From: an uncultured Bacilli bacterium
GTDB lineage: Bacteria; Bacillota_I; Bacilli_A; RF39; UBA660
NCBI GenBank assembly: GCA_934095845.1
Contig: CAKOKS010000001.1
Location: 89,060 to 153,059, forward strand
DNA length: 64,000 bases
Direction of reading: 5' to 3'
The notes under the pieces were generated by a model, which saw nothing but the letters and a program-made list of their open reading frames with translations, ran no database searches and was not told the DNA's origin. Made by a program: the position numbers and the translations under genes. Below, one piece after another: positions 59,164 to 64,000 of the stretch; the stretch's first letter is position 1, and each line of letters starts with the position of its first letter.

Positions 59164-60101
59164 TGGAACGAGATTTAATAAGTATAATAGTACCTGTTTA
59201 TAATGTTCAAGAATATTTAAAAAATTGTATTAATTCAATTTTAAATCAATCTTATAAAAATATAGAAATCATTTTAGTAGATGATGGTTCAACAGATGAA
59301 AGTAGTTCAATATGTGATTTATATGTAAAAAAAGATAATAGAATTAAAGTAATTCATAAAGAAAATGGTGGTCTTTCTGACGCTAGAAACATGGGTATTA
59401 AAAGTGCTAGAGGAAAATATATTACTTTTGTTGATAGTGATGATTATTTAGATGAAAACTATGTTAAAGCATTATATATTTTAATTACGGAAAATAATTC
59501 AGATATTGCGTGTTCTAGGATGAAAAAAACTGATTCCTTGAACGATAAAATAATAAATAAAAATGAAAAGATAAATATCTATAACTCAATTGATGCAATT
59601 AAAGAAATACTTTATCAGAGAAATATTGATAATTCAGCACCGAGTAAACTTTTTAATAAAGATCTTTTTGAGAATATCCTTTTTCCAGTTGGATATGCTT
59701 TTGAAGATTTGGATACAATGTATAAATTGTTTTTACAAGCAAACAAGATAGTATCTACTACTAATAATTATTATTTATATTATCAAAGGCAAGGTAGCAT
59801 TCTTCATACTGTTAAAGATAAAACGATAAATGATCTTTTAACAATAATTGATAATATGAATAAAAATTTAATAAACTATGGTGAGTTAAAGGCTCCGTTA
59901 ATGGCAAGAACTTTAAATGCAAATTTTTATATTTATAATCATTCAACTAATAAAGATATAAAAGAAAACAGTAAAAAGTATATTATTGAGAATAGAAAAA
60001 ACGTTTTGAAAGATAGTAATATAAGTAAAAAAACAAAATATGGAATAATTATTAGTTTAGTAAGTTTTAAACTAGTAAATTTATTAGATAAAATGAGGTG
60101 A
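59163..60101 (+). CDS. family 2 glycosyltransferase
   Basis: ISIIVPVYNV...LVDDGSTDES and DSDD motifs. Confidence 0.8.
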   Translation: MERDLISIIVPVYNVQEYLKNCINSILNQSYKNIEIILVDDGSTDESSSICDLYVKKDNRIKVIHKENGGLSDARNMGIKSARGKYITFVDSDDYLDENYVKALYILITENNSDIACSRMKKTDSLNDKIINKNEKINIYNSIDAIKEILYQRNIDNSAPSKLFNKDLFENILFPVGYAFEDLDTMYKLFLQANKIVSTTNNYYLYYQRQGSILHTVKDKTINDLLTIIDNMNKNLINYGELKAPLMARTLNANFYIYNHSTNKDIKENSKKYIIENRKNVLKDSNISKKTKYGIIISLVSFKLVNLLDKMR

Positions 60102-60105
60102 GGTA

Positions 60106-61278
60106 ATGAATAAAATTAACTTAAGAATTAAACAATTATGGATAATTTTAAAATATTTATTTATAAAAATTATTAATATTTTTACTTCAAACAAAAAATA
60201 TAATGACATATGGTTAATAGCTGAAAGAGGCGATGAAGCTAGGGACAATGGATATGCCTTCTATAAATATATGGAAGAAAATCATCCAGGAAAAAATTTT
60301 TATTATATTATTAAAAAGAATTCTCCTGATGTTTATAAAATAGATCCAGCTAGAAGAATTTACTATCAATCTATTAAACACATAAAATATTATATGAATG
60401 CAAAATATTTACTTAGCACTCATATTTTAGGATTTTCTCCTGAATTTAGAAGTTTTGGAAAATTAGTTAAGAGATTTAAAATATTTGATTGTAAAGGTAA
60501 AAAAGTATTTCTTCAACATGGTATTATTCAAAGCTATACAGAATATTTAACAAGTTCGTCTATTGATTTGGATTTGTTTATATGTGGTGCAAAAAAAGAG
60601 TATGATTTTATACTTAAAAATTTTGGCTTTGATGAAAGTGTTGTTAAATATACTGGACTTGCTAGATATGATTACTTGAAAAATTCACAAAAGAAAAATG
60701 AAAAAGAAATTTTATTTATGCCAACTTGGAGAAAGGAGTTATTTTATTTATCTGACTCTGATTTTATTAAATCTGATTATTATAAAAATATAATTAATAT
60801 TCTAAATAATGAAAAGCTTCAAGAAAAACTTAAGAACAATAATATTAAATTAATCTTTTATCCACATTATGAAATACAAAAACGAATTAGTCTTTTTAAC
60901 ATTAAAAATGAAAATATTATTATTGCATCTTCTAAAGAATATGATGTTTCTGAATTGTTAAAAAGTGTTGATATGTTAATAACGGATTATTCAAGTGTAT
61001 TTTTTGATGTTGCTTATCAATATAAACCAATATGTTATTTTCAATATGATTATGAACATTTCAGAAAGAACCAATATGGTGAGGGATATTTTGATTTCAA
61101 AACTTTAGGATTTGGTGATGTTTCTACAAATGTAAGTGATTTAGTTGATAATATAATAAGAGTAATAGATAGAAATTTTGTAATGGAAGATAATTATAAA
61201 AAAAGGGTTAATAATTTTTTTGTTTATAATGATACACATAATTGTGATAGAATATATAATGAAATAATAAAAAAATAG
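60106..61278 (+). CDS. CDP-glycerol glycerophosphotransferase (TagB/TagF family)
   Basis: C-terminal ITDYSSVFFDVAYQYKPICYF pattern, characteristic of TagF-family transferases. Confidence 0.65.
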   Translation: MNKINLRIKQLWIILKYLFIKIINIFTSNKKYNDIWLIAERGDEARDNGYAFYKYMEENHPGKNFYYIIKKNSPDVYKIDPARRIYYQSIKHIKYYMNAKYLLSTHILGFSPEFRSFGKLVKRFKIFDCKGKKVFLQHGIIQSYTEYLTSSSIDLDLFICGAKKEYDFILKNFGFDESVVKYTGLARYDYLKNSQKKNEKEILFMPTWRKELFYLSDSDFIKSDYYKNIINILNNEKLQEKLKNNNIKLIFYPHYEIQKRISLFNIKNENIIIASSKEYDVSELLKSVDMLITDYSSVFFDVAYQYKPICYFQYDYEHFRKNQYGEGYFDFKTLGFGDVSTNVSDLVDNIIRVIDRNFVMEDNYKKRVNNFFVYNDTHNCDRIYNEIIKK

Positions 61279-61290
61279 GTGGTGATGAAT

Positions 61291-62448
61291 ATGAAGATAA
61301 TGATAAATAAAAAAAGCATAATGCTAACTTTGTTTTATATTTTAATGTTATTTTCATATTTTCAATTTGATAGTTTAAATTATTTATATACATCTTTATT
61401 ACCAATATATAAAATGTTTCATTATATCAGCTTTTTTATAATTGTATTGTTATTTTTTAAAAATAAAAATATGTCTAAAATAATAATTTATGTATTAATT
61501 TATTTGTTTATTCTTTTTATATCATCAATAATTAATGGCCAACAATTTTTGCAGATATTAAATTATATGATGATGGTAATGAGCTTTTGCTTAATAACTG
61601 ATTATGGAATAAAAAATAATACAAAAGAATATTTATATGCTATTTCAATTTTTTTGAATTTTATGGTTATTATTAATTTTATAACAATTTTGTTATATCC
61701 AAATGGAATGTATATTAATTCAACTTTATATAAACAAAATTGGATATTTGGTTATAAAAATGCTCATATTTTGTATTTATTACCATGTGTTGCAGTTAAT
61801 GCAATTAGATCATTAAAGTTTAAAGGACATTTGGATTATAAATTTTATTTAATATTCTTTATTAGTTTTTTATCAATTGTAATTGTAAATAGCAGTACGG
61901 GAATAGTTGGATTATTAATTATCTTGATTTATTTAGTATTTAAGAAATTGCTTGATAAAGTTAATTTAGTAAATAGTTATTCAAGTATGGGTTTATATTT
62001 ATTAAGCTTTGTTTCTATTATGATATTAAAAATTCAAAATTTATTTAAATTTTTAATTGTTGACATATTAAAAAAAGATTTAACATTTACCGGTAGAACT
62101 TATATTTGGGATAGTGTTTTAAAAAGTATAAAAAGTCATCCTTTACTTGGATATGGTAATGTAACTTTTCAATATAACAAGTATATATTTACAACACATA
62201 ATACGATTTTAGATATTTTGTATAAGACTGGTATAGCTGGTTTTACTTTATATTTTTTGATAATATTTGAAACTTGCAAAGCTTTATATGCTTGTAAACA
62301 AAACAAAATTTCCAAATTTTTATCAATTATTTTATTGTCTTATTTTGTAATAATGTTAACTGAGGCATACACGATAAACTATTATTTCTTTATTTTAGTT
62401 ATTTGTTGTAATATAAAATATTTAAGGAGAAGTGAAGATGATGAATGA
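61291..62448 (+). CDS. O-antigen ligase/polymerase-like (Wzy/WaaL family) polytopic membrane protein
   Basis: About 10 TM helices with a periplasmic-loop pattern. The start was chosen at ATG 61291, after AGGTGG. Confidence 0.55.
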   Translation: MKIMINKKSIMLTLFYILMLFSYFQFDSLNYLYTSLLPIYKMFHYISFFIIVLLFFKNKNMSKIIIYVLIYLFILFISSIINGQQFLQILNYMMMVMSFCLITDYGIKNNTKEYLYAISIFLNFMVIINFITILLYPNGMYINSTLYKQNWIFGYKNAHILYLLPCVAVNAIRSLKFKGHLDYKFYLIFFISFLSIVIVNSSTGIVGLLIILIYLVFKKLLDKVNLVNSYSSMGLYLLSFVSIMILKIQNLFKFLIVDILKKDLTFTGRTYIWDSVLKSIKSHPLLGYGNVTFQYNKYIFTTHNTILDILYKTGIAGFTLYFLIIFETCKALYACKQNKISKFLSIILLSYFVIMLTEAYTINYYFFILVICCNIKYLRRSEDDE

Positions 62449-63433
62449 TTTAATAAGTATTGTTATACCAATTTATAATGCTTCAAAATATCTGGAAAAA
62501 TGTATTAATTCAGTTATAAATCAGACATATAAAAATTTAGAAATAATTTTGGTAAATGATGGCTCAATTGATAATTCTTTAGATATCTGCAATGATTTTA
62601 AAGATAAAGATAATAGAATTAAAGTTATAAGTAAGAAAAATGAAGGAGTATCTAAAACAAGAAATATTGGAATAGATAAATGTAAGGGAAAGTATTTAAT
62701 GTTTCTTGATAGTGATGACTATATTGATGAAATTTATGTAGAAAAGATGTATACATATTTGACTAAAAATAATTTATCGATGGTTACATCAAGTATGACA
62801 TTAGTTGATGTAAATTATAATGTTTTAAAAGTTTCTTCATATAAAGATAAAAGTGATATATTACAAGTTAAAGATATCTATAAAGATATCGTTAATACAT
62901 CTTATTTTTGCCCAATTTGGAAAAATATAATAAAAGTTTCTTTAATAAAAGATAATAGTATTTATTTTGATGATTCTTTAAAATTTGGAGAAGATTTATT
63001 ATTTTCTTTTAAAATAATTCAATCATGTGAAAAGATAGGGTATTTAAGCTTTCCAGGTTATTTTTATGTTCAAAATAATGCGAGTATTACTCATAATAAT
63101 TCTTTTGATATTGTAAAAAAATATGTTGAGGATAATAAGCATGTTTATAGTATTTTAAATGAATATATTAACGATGATGTTTTAATAACAAATAGATTGT
63201 TTTCTAAATATAATTTTGCACTTTTGAAATTGATTAAAAATTGTAAATATGGAGAATTTAAACATTATGCAACTTTATTATATAAAATTATGTTTAATAA
63301 AGATGACATTATAAAAGTTTGTGAAATAAATTATGAATCTAAATCAAATACTATATTAATGAATATCTTGGTAAAAAAACATTATTTCATTTATTATCTT
63401 GTTGCTAAAACATATTATTCAATTAAAAAGTAG
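62438..63433 (+). CDS. family 2 glycosyltransferase
   Basis: ISIVIPIYNA...LVNDGSIDNS and DSDD motifs. Confidence 0.8.
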   Translation: MMNDLISIVIPIYNASKYLEKCINSVINQTYKNLEIILVNDGSIDNSLDICNDFKDKDNRIKVISKKNEGVSKTRNIGIDKCKGKYLMFLDSDDYIDEIYVEKMYTYLTKNNLSMVTSSMTLVDVNYNVLKVSSYKDKSDILQVKDIYKDIVNTSYFCPIWKNIIKVSLIKDNSIYFDDSLKFGEDLLFSFKIIQSCEKIGYLSFPGYFYVQNNASITHNNSFDIVKKYVEDNKHVYSILNEYINDDVLITNRLFSKYNFALLKLIKNCKYGEFKHYATLLYKIMFNKDDIIKVCEINYESKSNTILMNILVKKHYFIYYLVAKTYYSIKK

Positions 63434-63440
63434 GTGAAAC

Positions 63441-64000
63441 ATGAAAAGTGAAAGAAAGAAAAGTTCAATAAAAAATATGTTAACTGCAGTTGGATCAAAT
63501 ATTATTACAATTATAGTTGGTTTAGTTGCTCAAGCGATATTTATTAAAATATTAGGATCTGAATATTTAGGATTAAATGGACTTTTTTCCAATATTATAT
63601 CAATGCTTGGTATAGTTGAATTAGGTATAGGTTCAGCAATAATTTATAATATGTATAAACCTATAGCTGAAAAAGATACTGAGAAAATAAAATCTTTAAT
63701 GAAATTTTATAAGAAAAGTTATAATATTATAACTTTGATAATTGCTTGTATTGGAATTTTAATAATACCTTTTATTAAATATATTGTTGATATAAAAAGT
63801 GTAACAGCAGATATTAATGTTTATATAGTTTATTTATTATTCTTATCTGAAACTATTTGTTCTTATATATTATCTTATAAAAGAAGTATTTTATATGCTG
63901 ATCAAAAAGAATATATTACAAATATTACTCATATAGGATATACAATAGTAGTTAATACATTACAATTAATTTCTTTATATTTAACTCATAATTATTATTT
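63441..64000 (+). CDS. polysaccharide flippase (Wzx/MOP family), 3' end outside window
   Basis: MKSERKKSSIKNMLTAVGSNIITIIVGLVAQAIFIKILG... has a typical Wzx N-terminus. Confidence 0.7.
   Translation, partial: MKSERKKSSIKNMLTAVGSNIITIIVGLVAQAIFIKILGSEYLGLNGLFSNIISMLGIVELGIGSAIIYNMYKPIAEKDTEKIKSLMKFYKKSYNIITLIIACIGILIIPFIKYIVDIKSVTADINVYIVYLLFLSETICSYILSYKRSILYADQKEYITNITHIGYTIVVNTLQLISLYLTHNYY

Overview
This window is a chromosomal segment of an AT-rich, low-GC Firmicute (roughly 27-28% G+C by eye), probably a spore-forming Clostridia- or Erysipelotrichia-like organism. No rRNA, tRNA, CRISPR array, transposase or integrase was found.

Most of it is housekeeping and sporulation backbone. The recognisable genes, in order, are: tdk (5' partial); a cadC/cadA metal-efflux operon with a clear ArsR-type operator; three ABC exporter genes; a ZIP metal transporter; RNase J; a spoIIAA-like gene followed directly by a short sporulation-type sigma factor (no spoIIAB); spoVAC-spoVAD-spoVAEB; a PHP phosphoesterase; rpmB; dnaE; ffh; a convergent gerAA-gerAC-gerAB germinant-receptor operon; a UbiB-like kinase; an AI-2E transporter; the conserved rlmN-stp-prkC-rsgA-rpe block; a DUF378 protein; an S41 Ctp protease; spo0A; a ClpC-like ATPase; cysS; a YugP-like zinc peptidase; prsA; two tandem YjcZ-family micro-ORFs; and a cell-wall/capsule glycan locus (sugar phosphotransferase, three GT2-type transferases, a TagF-like transferase, and Wzy- and Wzx-like proteins).

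The features that do not look ordinary are these:
- Two paralogous secreted proteins carry an FGE-sulfatase/DUF1566-like C-terminal domain whose 3' ends are conspicuously GC-rich. One of them sits behind a promoter whose spacer contains a G8 homopolymer, which makes it a candidate phase-variation switch.
- Spo0A has Asn in place of the phospho-acceptor Asp, and a tandem array of 0A boxes lies upstream.
- spoIIAA is followed directly by the sigma factor gene without an anti-sigma kinase gene.
- A ClpC-like protein has lost the Walker motifs of its second ATPase domain.
- The conserved ffh neighbourhood is interrupted by 22-bp tandem repeats and a frameshifted AAA-ATPase remnant.
- A coupled three-gene cluster of membrane-anchored proteins of unknown function follows spoVA.
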